Below are positions 18,830 to 27,586 of a stretch of 41,922 bases of DNA, piece after piece (position 1 is the first letter of the stretch; each line of letters opens with the position of its first letter). The notes under the pieces are model-generated. The model searched no databases. It was not told where the DNA came from and was given only the letters and a program-made list of their open reading frames with translations. The stretch lies in the IMG/VR virus record IMGVR_UViG_3300035562_000044, positions 1 through 41,922 of that record, one strand, 5' to 3'. The stretch comes from a virus. Taxonomy: Duplodnaviria > Caudoviricetes. The position numbers and the translations under genes were made by a program.

Positions 18830-20294
18830 TCGCTTTAGCTCCTGAGTCATTGGCTGCATCAGAGTCCAGCACCAGACCGTTTTCGCGGTTAAATTCAGTC
18901 TCTTGCACTCGTTGGCGCTTGATTTCCTGCGGGGATTTACCACGGGCGCGTATCCATTCCGCCTCGGTACCGGCCCCGCCCCGGACAATGGTCTTCCACG
19001 ACTCAGCTTCTTTCACCGGGTCAATCCATGGCATCACCGGCCCCAGATAGATCGCGTTATAAATCGTGGACATATCCACATCATCAGGAAGTTTAATTTT
19101 GGAGTTTTTCAGTATATCTACCCACGCACGGTAAACCGGTCGGCTATGCTGCCCTACAAACCAATTTTGCAGGACGTAATAGCCCTCGAAGCCTTCCACC
19201 AGTTCCTGGCGTTGACTGGAGTAGCTGCCGTTATAGTCCCTAGCGATACTCGAATAGCTCCCTCTAGTGCCACTAGCAACAGCACGTAACTGGCCATTGC
19301 GGAATTCATACATATGAACATTAGGTCGGTTTGATTCCACCATGCCCAAATCTTCACCGGGCCGGAGTTCGTCATAAATCATCCCGGGTGCAATATCGAA
19401 ATTTCTTGCACTGCCCGGCTCTGAAAACTCCCCTTCCTCACCCTGGCTGGCATCTCCACGCTTAATGTAAAAACTTAGCGCTGCCGCGATACGTGCAGCT
19501 ACACGTTCTGACTCTTCATAATCCTTGATGTCAGCAAGTCGGGTGATCACACCGTGTAACAGACTGATGCCGCGCAACTGATGGAGGCGCTTACGCATCG
19601 CCAGATGAAGCATATTATCTGCCGGCACACGCTTGGTTGCCGTTGACATTCGTAAAGAGCTAGCCGGGTGAGCCTTGTAAACATTGAAGGCGATAGGCCT
19701 ACCCCAGTCGTTTAACTCAATGCCCTGCTGAACGTTGCCACCCGAAATACTGTTAAGATTCATCGGCACAAAGTCAGCCTCGAGACACTCAAGCGAAAAC
19801 TGAATGCTTGTTGCATGTTGCAAACCCGATACCGGGCCTCGGACCAACTGAATGAATACCTCTCCATCACGTAAAGCAGAACGTAAAAGAAGGCGTTCTA
19901 CTTCCGCGCGCGTAAACTTTCCGGTAACTTCTGGTCGGATTGACCATTCAGACCAGTGCTTGGCAAACAGCTCCGCGCATTCTTTATGCAAGCTTCCATC
20001 CATACGCAAAGGCTGGGGTTCAATCTGAATGCCCTGCGCCCCCACAACACGCTCTTCCATCTTGTCCAGAATGCCAATCACGATATCGTGGTTTTCATCC
20101 AGCCAACGGGCCTGCTCGCGAAGTGAGACGCCAGCGGAAAATACAGCCGCATCAGCAGACCGCCCTTCACGCTTGGCCTTCTGTAGTCGCGAAGGGTTCG
20201 CAGCCTCATAGGCTTGAAGCTGATAGCGGTTTTTGGCACGCGACAAGGCCCACCCTGGCGCGACCGCGCCGAGTGCTTTCTCTATCAATCCCAT
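18756..20294 (-). CDS. Portal protein, lambda family
   Basis: YEAA...LREQAR.LDENHD...RDGEVF...QLRGIS...YSSQRQELVE...MPWIDPVKE. Confidence 0.95.
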   Translation of the reverse strand: MGLIEKALGAVAPGWALSRAKNRYQLQAYEAANPSRLQKAKREGRSADAAVFSAGVSLREQARWLDENHDIVIGILDKMEERVVGAQGIQIEPQPLRMDGSLHKECAELFAKHWSEWSIRPEVTGKFTRAEVERLLLRSALRDGEVFIQLVRGPVSGLQHATSIQFSLECLEADFVPMNLNSISGGNVQQGIELNDWGRPIAFNVYKAHPASSLRMSTATKRVPADNMLHLAMRKRLHQLRGISLLHGVITRLADIKDYEESERVAARIAAALSFYIKRGDASQGEEGEFSEPGSARNFDIAPGMIYDELRPGEDLGMVESNRPNVHMYEFRNGQLRAVASGTRGSYSSIARDYNGSYSSQRQELVEGFEGYYVLQNWFVGQHSRPVYRAWVDILKNSKIKLPDDVDMSTIYNAIYLGPVMPWIDPVKEAESWKTIVRGGAGTEAEWIRARGKSPQEIKRQRVQETEFNRENGLVLDSDAANDSGAKANEETNKPAVDDAEGKSQRDRRRKR

Positions 20295-20301
20295 GGGTTA
20301 C

Positions 20302-20517
20302 CTACACGAAGTTAGCGAGTTTATAGCCGCTGCCACGACCAGAGGCGTTACGTAATCGTTTTTCCCAGTATTCCAGCTCGTTACGCATCGCAGCCGGATC
20401 ATGGTTGGTGATGGTTCGGCCATTAACGCCAGTGAAAGAAACTGATTTACCGTCAAGAGTGTCGGTATAAAACCCCCTGACGCGCACCACCATTTCACTA
20501 AGTTCCTGTTTTGTCAT
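20302..20517 (-). CDS. Head completion protein (lambda gpW-like)
   Basis: 71 aa between terL and portal; GKSVSF..NGR...ELEYWE. Confidence 0.75.
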   Translation of the reverse strand: MTKQELSEMVVRVRGFYTDTLDGKSVSFTGVNGRTITNHDPAAMRNELEYWEKRLRNASGRGSGYKLANFV

Positions 20518-22631
20518 AGCCAGCCACCACCACCCGAACCACCGCCATTAACCCAGCCGCTTGAGTCTCGTTGTGTTGCAACCGGCTTCGGTTCCGCCTT
20601 AGTTTTCCTCTTGGTCAAAACGACCTCCCGTGATGAATTCTCGTTGAAAATATTGGGGTTCGTATCCTGTGGTTCCGCCCAGGCTGGCGGCTCATCCCAC
20701 TTGATACGCTCGTATCGACGTAACGTCACGACGGCATGCGCATAGCAAAACAGGTCGAAAGCTTCGTTGTTGCCTTTGCCCGGCTTGCGCCATTTGCCAT
20801 CTGTACCCCGTTCTTCGTAGGTCAGTTCGTCAAAAAACCAATCACCCAACCAGTTAGGGAAATGGATGTACCCAGCACCCGCAGCTTCACGGCTCAGGGA
20901 GTTACTGAGCTGATCTTTCAATGTGTCGGTCTGCAACAGATATACGGGAACATCACCGCGTGCAGCCGCACGCCGGTCACTGCGATCCGTATTGTCTGGG
21001 TGGGTTTTGGTAATGGTTTTCTGGCGCCGGTTGCTGTCACCTTTAATGAGATACACCCGCTTATGCACGCCATCGCGGCGGCACTGACGCCAAAATTTAT
21101 AGGCGTTATCCGTCACGCCATCTTCACCGCCACTATCGACAGCCATGGCAAGGATCGGCATCCGCTTATCCTGATTAGCCTGGAGCCGATACGTTTTGTT
21201 GAGGACGTCAGTCACCAGCAGGTCCCAATCTTCTGGATAGGCACCTGGGTGAATCGGCAACGCTTCGCCGGTTTCAGGATCGAACCGCATGGATTGCTTG
21301 ATGTTGTAGCGATCCACCAGCCAGCGCTCACCGTTCTCACCGTAACCTACTATCTGCACTACAAACCGGCGATTCTTACCGCCCTGCACGTCAACAGACG
21401 CGATCAGGAATCTAACTTTCGGTGGTACCAAGCGCTTACCGTAATCTTCAACGCGAGCCAGCAACTCATCACTGCGCCGCTGCTCTGACGCCGAACGCGG
21501 TAAATAAGGGCGACCCCAGTCGGTATTGATTACCGCCTTGAGTGTTTCCTCGGCTCCCGTTGCTTCATAGTCCTGTTCAGCGGTCAGCAATTTATAAACG
21601 AGCTGTGCCCAGGTCTGATACGCTGCTGCCGGTCCCTCCATCCAGAAAGATGCAATGCGAGAGCGTCGCGGCTCCCCGGTTCGATTGCCCTCCGAGTCAA
21701 TCGCCTCACCTTCACGCAGCCAAACGCCGGATTGGTTCAAAGCACGCTTCATATCAGAGGTTATCGAGCCGCTACAGTGCGGACAGCACATAAACACTGA
21801 CTCGCTGGCCTTAACGGGATCAGCAATTTCGCGGTAACCCGTCATCACCTCCATGATCGGCTGAAAATGCTCACCGCAGTGAGGGCACTTCCAATACCAT
21901 TTTCGGCGGTCACCGCGATTGAACAGTGAGAGAATGCCTGTTGTTGGCGGAGCCTCATGCTCAGAACGCCGACGCCATTTTGAATCGATGATGTCACGGC
22001 CTGGCGAACTCTCCACCAGCGTCATACCGGCGCTCATAAACGTTGTGGTTCGCTTTGATGCCAGCGTAAAACCGTCGCCCTCGCCGTCAATATCCTCCGG
22101 CATACGGTCGTAGTCGGTCAGCGCGGTGCACTTGTAGTCTGAGGAGGACATGATATTGACCGATGGCCAGCCGAGCTTAAGGTAGTTCCCGGCCAGAAAT
22201 GTACGGTCATGCACGTTATTATCATTACGTCGTGGGCTGAGTCGTTTCGCCACATCAGGGCTAACGCGGAACGTCCGCGCCAAACGCTTCTTTGAGTGCT
22301 CACGCGCTTTCTCTTCCGAGATTTGAACTACCAGCATGTCCGACGGGTCACACACGATGTTGTAAACAATCCAACCATCTATCAGGCCGATCGTTTTACC
22401 TGTACGCGCCGGGCCAACGAAAACCACCGCATCATATTCACGCGATGCCAGGCAGTTCATTGGCTCAATAACGTATGGGGCTACAGTCGGGTCCCACTTA
22501 ACTGAGTTACCCGCCCCCATCGGCACCCGCATAAACTTTTCAACAGCTTCGGCTACCGGCATTCGGCGCGGGGCCTGAATAATACCGGCCATGTTTCGCC
22601 GGGTTTCTGCGGCTGATGCCTGTGCGACCAT
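20514..22631 (-). CDS. Terminase large subunit (lambda GpA family)
   Basis: Walker A GPARTGKT, CPHC zinc motifs, nuclease VDVQ and VDSGG, NEAFDL. Confidence 0.96.
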   Translation of the reverse strand: MVAQASAAETRRNMAGIIQAPRRMPVAEAVEKFMRVPMGAGNSVKWDPTVAPYVIEPMNCLASREYDAVVFVGPARTGKTIGLIDGWIVYNIVCDPSDMLVVQISEEKAREHSKKRLARTFRVSPDVAKRLSPRRNDNNVHDRTFLAGNYLKLGWPSVNIMSSSDYKCTALTDYDRMPEDIDGEGDGFTLASKRTTTFMSAGMTLVESSPGRDIIDSKWRRRSEHEAPPTTGILSLFNRGDRRKWYWKCPHCGEHFQPIMEVMTGYREIADPVKASESVFMCCPHCSGSITSDMKRALNQSGVWLREGEAIDSEGNRTGEPRRSRIASFWMEGPAAAYQTWAQLVYKLLTAEQDYEATGAEETLKAVINTDWGRPYLPRSASEQRRSDELLARVEDYGKRLVPPKVRFLIASVDVQGGKNRRFVVQIVGYGENGERWLVDRYNIKQSMRFDPETGEALPIHPGAYPEDWDLLVTDVLNKTYRLQANQDKRMPILAMAVDSGGEDGVTDNAYKFWRQCRRDGVHKRVYLIKGDSNRRQKTITKTHPDNTDRSDRRAAARGDVPVYLLQTDTLKDQLSNSLSREAAGAGYIHFPNWLGDWFFDELTYEERGTDGKWRKPGKGNNEAFDLFCYAHAVVTLRRYERIKWDEPPAWAEPQDTNPNIFNENSSREVVLTKRKTKAEPKPVATQRDSSGWVNGGGSGGGGWL

Positions 22632-23125
22632 TAATCCTCCTCGGGCATTTCCTCCTCGATCTCTGTGTCCGCCCGCATAACCTTCAACGCTATCTGATCA
22701 CGCAGGTCATCGATAATGGACTGCACCCGAGAAACGGCAGATGGGGACAAAGCGCAATCGCGCTCCAGAATATCCGGTAATGTTTCCAGTACCTGAACCA
22801 TGGCTTTTGCCATGGATGAAAACTCGCGAGTAACTTCAGCTGCCGGTATTAACTCGCTGATCTCTTGCTCAAACTTGAGCCGCTCACGTTCTGATTGAAA
22901 CCAAGCTTTACGATCAGGCGGTAGCATCTGATCGACATCCGCAACCGGGGCGGACTTGACCAGTTCGGCCAGAACATCCGGTAGTGTGTAAAGCTTCAAT
23001 TTGGCATTGCTGCCGGGGGCCAGCTCGACGTTTTTCAGCCTGGCCGCAATGGTTTGTCGATGCGCACCAGTGATTGCCGCAAGCTGATTAAGGTTCAGCC
23101 TGACGTTCTCCAATTCTTTATCCAT
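22631..23125 (-). CDS. Terminase small subunit (DUF1441-type)
   Basis: wHTH LNLNQLAAITGAHRQTIAARL; PPDRKAWFQSE; LETLPDILERD; abuts terL. Confidence 0.88.
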   Translation of the reverse strand: MDKELENVRLNLNQLAAITGAHRQTIAARLKNVELAPGSNAKLKLYTLPDVLAELVKSAPVADVDQMLPPDRKAWFQSERERLKFEQEISELIPAAEVTREFSSMAKAMVQVLETLPDILERDCALSPSAVSRVQSIIDDLRDQIALKVMRADTEIEEEMPEED

Positions 23126-23242
23126 GATGATGAACACTTTTCATACGATTCGACATCCTGAAAAATTAATTTCAAACGAAAACAATCACGTGAACACATG
23201 ATGATGATGTCAATAAAATGCGAAAAACTAGCCGATCCCCGC

Positions 23243-23284
23243 GTGTAGCCGCCCCCTCGGTGAACAGAATCGCCAAAGGGACCC
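23243..23284 (-). promoter_or_regulatory. cos packaging site (cosQ + cosN-like)
   Basis: Minus strand GGGTCCC-23 nt-GGGCGGCTACAC, same layout as lambda GGGTCCT-23 nt-GGGCGGCGACCT; directly upstream of terS. Confidence 0.75.
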
Positions 23285-23356
23285 GTTAAAATGGGATCGA
23301 TTCTCATTTGTTCGATGCGGTGGATTTCGAGGGGTGCGATATTGATTGACATCGAC

Positions 23357-23381
23357 AAAAAACCCACCGAGTGGTGGGCTT
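23357..23381 (-). terminator. Rho-independent terminator after lipoprotein gene
   Basis: Minus strand AGCCCACCactcGGTGGGTTTTTT. Confidence 0.75.
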
Positions 23382-23389
23382 CGTGGAAA

Positions 23390-23758
23390 CTATTTTCCGG
23401 CAGACATTGCCTTGGCTTCGTCTTCCAGCTTTTTCATTTTAGCTTCTGTTTTAGGCTTAAGCTTTTTGGCTTCATCAATAATCTGAGCAGCCGTTTTATT
23501 ATTATAAATCGCCAAGCTCATCCGATTTACAGATTCGTTATCAGCCAGTTTATCTATGGTCGATAACTCGGCTGACGAATATTTTTCAATAGCGATCATT
23601 GCTGCCTCTAATTCCTTCTGTTTTTCTGAAGACAAGGACTCCATTACCTTATCTCCGGAATACCTAAGGGCCTCTTCGCTAGAGCCATCAATCTTGGGTG
23701 CCTGGTCACAGCCAGCGAGCACCAGCACAAATACCATCGGCAACAAACAACGTTTCAT
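23390..23758 (-). CDS. Lipoprotein moron (DUF6694-like)
   Basis: Signal peptide with lipobox LAGC; GGAGG RBS; AT-rich; own terminator; KIDGSS motif. Confidence 0.8.
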   Translation of the reverse strand: MKRCLLPMVFVLVLAGCDQAPKIDGSSEEALRYSGDKVMESLSSEKQKELEAAMIAIEKYSSAELSTIDKLADNESVNRMSLAIYNNKTAAQIIDEAKKLKPKTEAKMKKLEDEAKAMSAGK

Positions 23759-23842
23759 CAAGCCTCCTGCATGTTAGATATTGCTTAATGTTACCGTCAT
23801 TACCTGATGATATATAGCCCCATGCATAATCCAACTGTAATG

Positions 23843-24055
23843 CTAATCAGAACTACAGGTGCCTGAATCGGTGCCAAAACTGTCCGAACTGCCAGTGCTG
23901 TAATCATTACTGTATTCAGCGCCAACAAATACCGGACTTAACGGGTTAAGGGGATTCAGCAGGTCGCTTCCAGTGCCGCCCACGCTTTGTTGTTCACGCA
24001 AACGACGGGCCTCTTCCTGACGGCGGCGGCGTTGCTCATAAAAATATCTACTCAT
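23843..24055 (-). CDS. Small hypothetical protein (Arg-rich N-terminus, NPLNPLSP, Ser/Asp/Gly tail)
   Basis: AGGAG RBS before ATG 24055; overlaps upstream stop. Confidence 0.65.
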   Translation of the reverse strand: MSRYFYEQRRRRQEEARRLREQQSVGGTGSDLLNPLNPLSPVFVGAEYSNDYSTGSSDSFGTDSGTCSSD

Positions 24056-24209
24056 CTGGCGGCTCCTGTTGCAGGGCAGGATTGCAGCCATGCAATTGGC
24101 ATGATCTACACATTTGACAATTTCTCCGAGGTGGCGCAGGTGGCGGCGCAGGTCTTACCACTTTATCTCCCGACTTGTACGGCGGTGGCGTTGGGGCTTT
24201 TCTTCCCAT
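24048..24209 (-). CDS. Small Pro-rich/Cys-containing hypothetical protein (53 aa)
   Basis: MGRKAPTPPPY...PAPPPAPP..CQMCRSC; ATG 3 nt after the o-spanin stop, AGGGA RBS. Confidence 0.55.
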   Translation of the reverse strand: MGRKAPTPPPYKSGDKVVRPAPPPAPPRRNCQMCRSCQLHGCNPALQQEPPDE

Positions 24210-24211
24210 GC

Positions 24212-24475
24212 TTATATCCCTACTGATACACGCCAGGCGTTTAGCGTTTCCACCCGACCAGCACAGATTCGCAGGGATGTCTGAAGTGCCAACGTGTAAC
24301 TCAGCGCATCCCCCCAAGTGTCTCCCTGCATTTGAGGTTGCTCGCACCGCGTAAACACCGACTCAGGGGGCAACATCACCACCGGTGCTTTTACCTGCGG
24401 TGGTTGGGCGCAAGAGGCCAATAACAGCATCAGGCATCCGCTCAGCAGCGCAGGGATTATCTTTGATCGCCTCAC
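24212..24475 (-). CDS. o-spanin (Rz1-like lipoprotein)
   Basis: Lipobox LASC, Pro-rich, two further Cys; GTG start with AGGA RBS; overlaps i-spanin. Confidence 0.85.
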   Translation of the reverse strand: MRRSKIIPALLSGCLMLLLASCAQPPQVKAPVVMLPPESVFTRCEQPQMQGDTWGDALSYTLALQTSLRICAGRVETLNAWRVSVGI

Positions 24476-24749
24476 GGTATTTCCTTTGATAGATGTCACC
24501 CTGTTGGCGCAACCGCTGCTCATGCTGCTGTTGTGCCGCCATCAGTGCGCGATTCTGGGCGTCCTGCGTTTGCAGCGTGGTTATCACCCCTGCCTGCTGG
24601 TCTACCGTCTTCTTTTGTTCCATCAGCTTTTTATCTGTAAGCCTCAGGTCTTTGCGGTAACCCCAGTTGCTGACGGCCAACCAAGCGAACAAGGCAAGGA
24701 GAGCCGCCACCAGCAGCGCTTTGCCATTGGGTAGCGGTAACCAACTCAT
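24363..24749 (-). CDS. i-spanin (Rz-like)
   Basis: N-terminal TM helix, coiled coil, C-terminal CA..RMPD; ATGA overlap with endolysin. Confidence 0.85.
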   Translation of the reverse strand: MSWLPLPNGKALLVAALLALFAWLAVSNWGYRKDLRLTDKKLMEQKKTVDQQAGVITTLQTQDAQNRALMAAQQQHEQRLRQQGDIYQRKYREAIKDNPCAAERMPDAVIGLLRPTTAGKSTGGDVAP

Positions 24750-25180
24750 GATAAAAACGTCTCGCGCTCCGCAGCACGGCGTCTTACCAACCCAGGCATT
24801 ACCTTGCCTTTGCCAAATTTCCACCGAGGGAACTGGTCAGCTGCCCCCAGCACATCATCGGCATTGAATTTTTTCACCAGGGTGGAACCTGCAAACTCAG
24901 GGCCACCAATGTTGAACGCCAGCGATACCATCGCGTCGAACTGGTTCTGCGTCATTGGGCGCTTAATAGCGCTGTTTACCGTCAGCTCAAACACGGCCAG
25001 ATCATCTGAAAGAAATTGCTCTGCCTGCTCTTGTGTGATTTTGTCGCCGGGCTTCACACCCTTCGTATGGCCCCAACCAATCGTCCACGGCTTACCACCA
25101 GAACCTGGGTCTGGATAAGCCACCAGCTCAAGGGACTCGAACCCCTTTATGAAGTCACGGCCCTTGTTACTTGTTCGCAT
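24746..25180 (-). CDS. Endolysin, GH24 lysozyme
   Basis: FES-LELVAYPD...WTIGWGHT catalytic E-D-T motif; NQFDAMVSLAFNIG; GLVRRRAAE. Confidence 0.95.
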   Translation of the reverse strand: MRTSNKGRDFIKGFESLELVAYPDPGSGGKPWTIGWGHTKGVKPGDKITQEQAEQFLSDDLAVFELTVNSAIKRPMTQNQFDAMVSLAFNIGGPEFAGSTLVKKFNADDVLGAADQFPRWKFGKGKVMPGLVRRRAAERETFLS

Positions 25181-25514
25181 CCTGATTACCTCCACCAAAG
25201 CGATTGCCGACGTACCCGGAAAGGAACGCGCTAAGTTTTTTCACGCCTACAAAACCAATGAAGCCACCGATGCCAACTGTTAAGGCTTTCGGGACGTCGA
25301 AGTAATCCAGGGCTGAATAAGTCGTCAGGGCTAACGCGCCACACATCAGCCCTTCGAAAATGGTTTCTTTCCAACCGCTGCCGGAATAAGCCATTCGCAA
25401 AACCGCCATGACTACAGCCATAATCACGCCGCCGATTGGTACATCACCGCGCCACCAGCTCGCAAACATTTCACTGAATTCCGTCCAGCCATGCGGATTG
25501 TTTGGCATTCTCAT
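25167..25514 (-). CDS. Holin, lambda S family, dual start (Met-Arg-Met)
   Basis: Three TM segments, GGFIGFVGV motif, ATGs at 25514 and 25508 after a GGAGG RBS. Confidence 0.9.
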   Translation of the reverse strand: MRMPNNPHGWTEFSEMFASWWRGDVPIGGVIMAVVMAVLRMAYSGSGWKETIFEGLMCGALALTTYSALDYFDVPKALTVGIGGFIGFVGVKKLSAFLSGYVGNRFGGGNQDANK

Positions 25515-25560
25515 AACCTCCCCCTGTCGGGGCTGTGCCCGATCGTCGGGTGGTGGAAAC

Positions 25561-25586
25561 AAAAAGCCCCGGCAAATGCCAGGGCG
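25561..25586 (-). terminator. Terminator between methyltransferase and holin
   Basis: Minus strand GCCCTGGCatttGCCGGGGC-TTTTT. Confidence 0.75.
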
Positions 25587-25588
25587 AC

Positions 25589-26617
25589 TTAGTTACTCGG
25601 GAAGATTTCCCGTTGTGTTTGTTCGAATCGGTCAGGTTCCAACTCAACCCCCAGCCCGACACGGCCCAGCTTGATAGCAGCCTTTATCGTTGAACCGGAA
25701 CCCATGAAGAAGTCAGCAACGACATCACCAGGGCGGCTACTGGCACTGATGATGTGCTCCATCATTTCAGCGGGCTTTTCGCATGGATGTTTACCGGCAT
25801 AGAAAGCCACCGGCGAATAAGTCCAAACGTCTGTATAAGGCACCGCAGCAGTTACCGTGAAAGTACGCCGCAATGATTTATATTCCCGGCACAAGTCCAG
25901 ATATTCACGATTGAGGGTTTTGTATTCCCTTACCAGCTCATGATGGGGGCGATTCAACCCACCAGCCTGTTGCTTCTCAATAGCGATGCGGTCAAACAAC
26001 GCTTGGAGCGCTTGATACTGCTTTTCGCTTGGCAATTGCCATTGGCTCTCTGAGAACCAGTGGCTGCACATCTGCGTTTTCGTTGCCGCGTTGATTTCCT
26101 TCGCTGACACGCCGAGAGATTGCCGCGCCGTTCTGAAATAGTCGATCAGAGGCTTTAATACGGTTTGCTTCAGCTCGCCACACTTCACGGCGAAACCGTC
26201 CACCTTCGGTTGTAGCGGCCCTGCATAATGACCGGCGAAAATGATCCGCTCGGTCGCCGGGAAGAACGCTCGGAGACTCTCTTTGTGATGACGTCGCCAA
26301 ACGCCTGAAGGTTTAGCCCAAACGATGTGGCTCAGTACGTCGAACCGCTGGCGAACCAGCAGCTCAGTATCAGACGCCAACCGGCTACCGCAGAACATGT
26401 AAAGACTGCCGTTAGGCTTAAGCACCCGCCAGAATTCCACCAGCAATGAATCCAGCCAGGCTAAATACTCAGCCTCACTCTTCCATTGATTATCCCAATC
26501 GCAGGATTTCACCCGGAAATAAGGCGGGTCCGTGGCGATCAGGTCGATGCAGTCATCAGGCAGGATTTTGATGTATTCGAGTGTGTCAGCGTTGACAAGA
26601 CTTGTGCTGGATATCAT
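25589..26617 (-). CDS. DNA methyltransferase, N6-A/N4-C beta class
   Basis: Motif IV DPPY near the N-terminus; HPCEKP and motif I DFFMGSGST near the C-terminus. Confidence 0.93.
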   Translation of the reverse strand: MISSTSLVNADTLEYIKILPDDCIDLIATDPPYFRVKSCDWDNQWKSEAEYLAWLDSLLVEFWRVLKPNGSLYMFCGSRLASDTELLVRQRFDVLSHIVWAKPSGVWRRHHKESLRAFFPATERIIFAGHYAGPLQPKVDGFAVKCGELKQTVLKPLIDYFRTARQSLGVSAKEINAATKTQMCSHWFSESQWQLPSEKQYQALQALFDRIAIEKQQAGGLNRPHHELVREYKTLNREYLDLCREYKSLRRTFTVTAAVPYTDVWTYSPVAFYAGKHPCEKPAEMMEHIISASSRPGDVVADFFMGSGSTIKAAIKLGRVGLGVELEPDRFEQTQREIFPSN

Positions 26618-26754
26618 AAGCGCCCTTGTTTGATAGGCTCGTTCTGCTGTTCATAGCAGCACGGGCAAAGGTTGCTTGTGACCATTGACATGAGCGCCTG
26701 GCGGTCAGTGTGCGATAACACGCTGATCGCCGCCCACTCCACAAACCAAGAAAT

Positions 26755-26780
26755 AAAAAAACCCCGCAAAAGCGAGGCTC
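26755..26780 (-). terminator. tR'-like terminator downstream of late promoter
   Basis: Minus strand GCCTCGCttttGCGGGGT-TTTTT. Confidence 0.75.
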
Positions 26781-26830
26781 TATTTTGGTGCCGGTCATTA
26801 CATTTGTGGCACGATATCAAATTAACGATA

Positions 26831-26859
26831 AATATGGCCTATTTAATTAACTTTTGCAA
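26831..26859 (-). promoter_or_regulatory. Late promoter pR'
   Basis: TTGCAA-17 bp-CATATT at the end of Q, followed by a terminator. Confidence 0.7.
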
Positions 26860-27535
26860 GACCTTGCTGCGAAAATGTCGTTTTTTGTTGTGATCGTGAT
26901 CTCGACAGAGAAACTAAACCCTCTCGATCCAACCTCAGGAAGACACTTCGCATGCTTGACCAATAGCCGTTGTAATTCTTGGACCAATTCGGGGCGGAAA
27001 CGCCTACCAGCTCAGCCAGGTCTTGATTCTGGTATGGAGTAAGCCCTTTCATTTCAGACCGCACATCCTGCGCCGCCAACCAGATTAAAGCTCTCAGTCT
27101 GTCCATGGTTTTTGTTGCTACCTTTTGCCCGCCAAGGCTTTCTTTGAACTCCGACCATCCCCACTGGGTGATTTCCACTTGGTGCTTGAAGTCCAGATCA
27201 TGCGCATAGCACCAGGATAACCAACTACGTTGATGGCCTACCAAGTGATATACAGCGCGACGCCATGAGGCTGCTAAAAATGTTTCCGGCTCTATCAGGG
27301 CTATGGCTCCCGAACTAGGCCTCGTTTCTGTACCCGGTACCGGATTGCTATGAACAACAATCCTTGTGCCATCTAACTCTACAATAATGCGACGCTTGCG
27401 CTTCAATCGCGTTGTGCTGACCTGTGTTGACTCAGTGAATGCCTGTAATTGCCCTTTCGTCCTCCCGCTTAGGTCAGCAGTTGCCATCATGAAGCTCTCT
27501 CGAATGTACTGCAGATATTGCTGTGTCACGATCAT
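26843..27535 (-). CDS. Late antitermination protein Q
   Basis: ATADLSGRTKGQL...SWRRAV...LIWLAAQDV...LAELVGV...NW; last delayed-early gene before pR'. Confidence 0.88.
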   Translation of the reverse strand: MIVTQQYLQYIRESFMMATADLSGRTKGQLQAFTESTQVSTTRLKRKRRIIVELDGTRIVVHSNPVPGTETRPSSGAIALIEPETFLAASWRRAVYHLVGHQRSWLSWCYAHDLDFKHQVEITQWGWSEFKESLGGQKVATKTMDRLRALIWLAAQDVRSEMKGLTPYQNQDLAELVGVSAPNWSKNYNGYWSSMRSVFLRLDREGLVSLSRSRSQQKTTFSQQGLAKVN

Positions 27536-27586
27536 GCTTTAATCTCCAAGCGTCTGGCCCGCATGCCAGCTCGCCTATACTCCACA

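Noticed and set aside
18830-18988. N-terminal 53 aa of the 741-aa ORF call
   Set aside because: Overlaps the portal gene; the RBS supports ATG 18829
20736-21488. 250-aa plus-strand ORF opposite terL
   Set aside because: Antisense shadow ORF; the same applies to the other short overlapping ORFs of the track not listed as features
26614-26820. 68-aa ORF between Q and the methyltransferase
   Set aside because: TTG start almost at the pR' start site, runs through tR', no RBS; more likely leader RNA
26620-26830. tRNA genes or toxin cargo downstream of Q, as in some lambdoid phages
   Set aside because: No cloverleaf or T-loop GTTCGA motif seen; the slot is occupied by the methyltransferase
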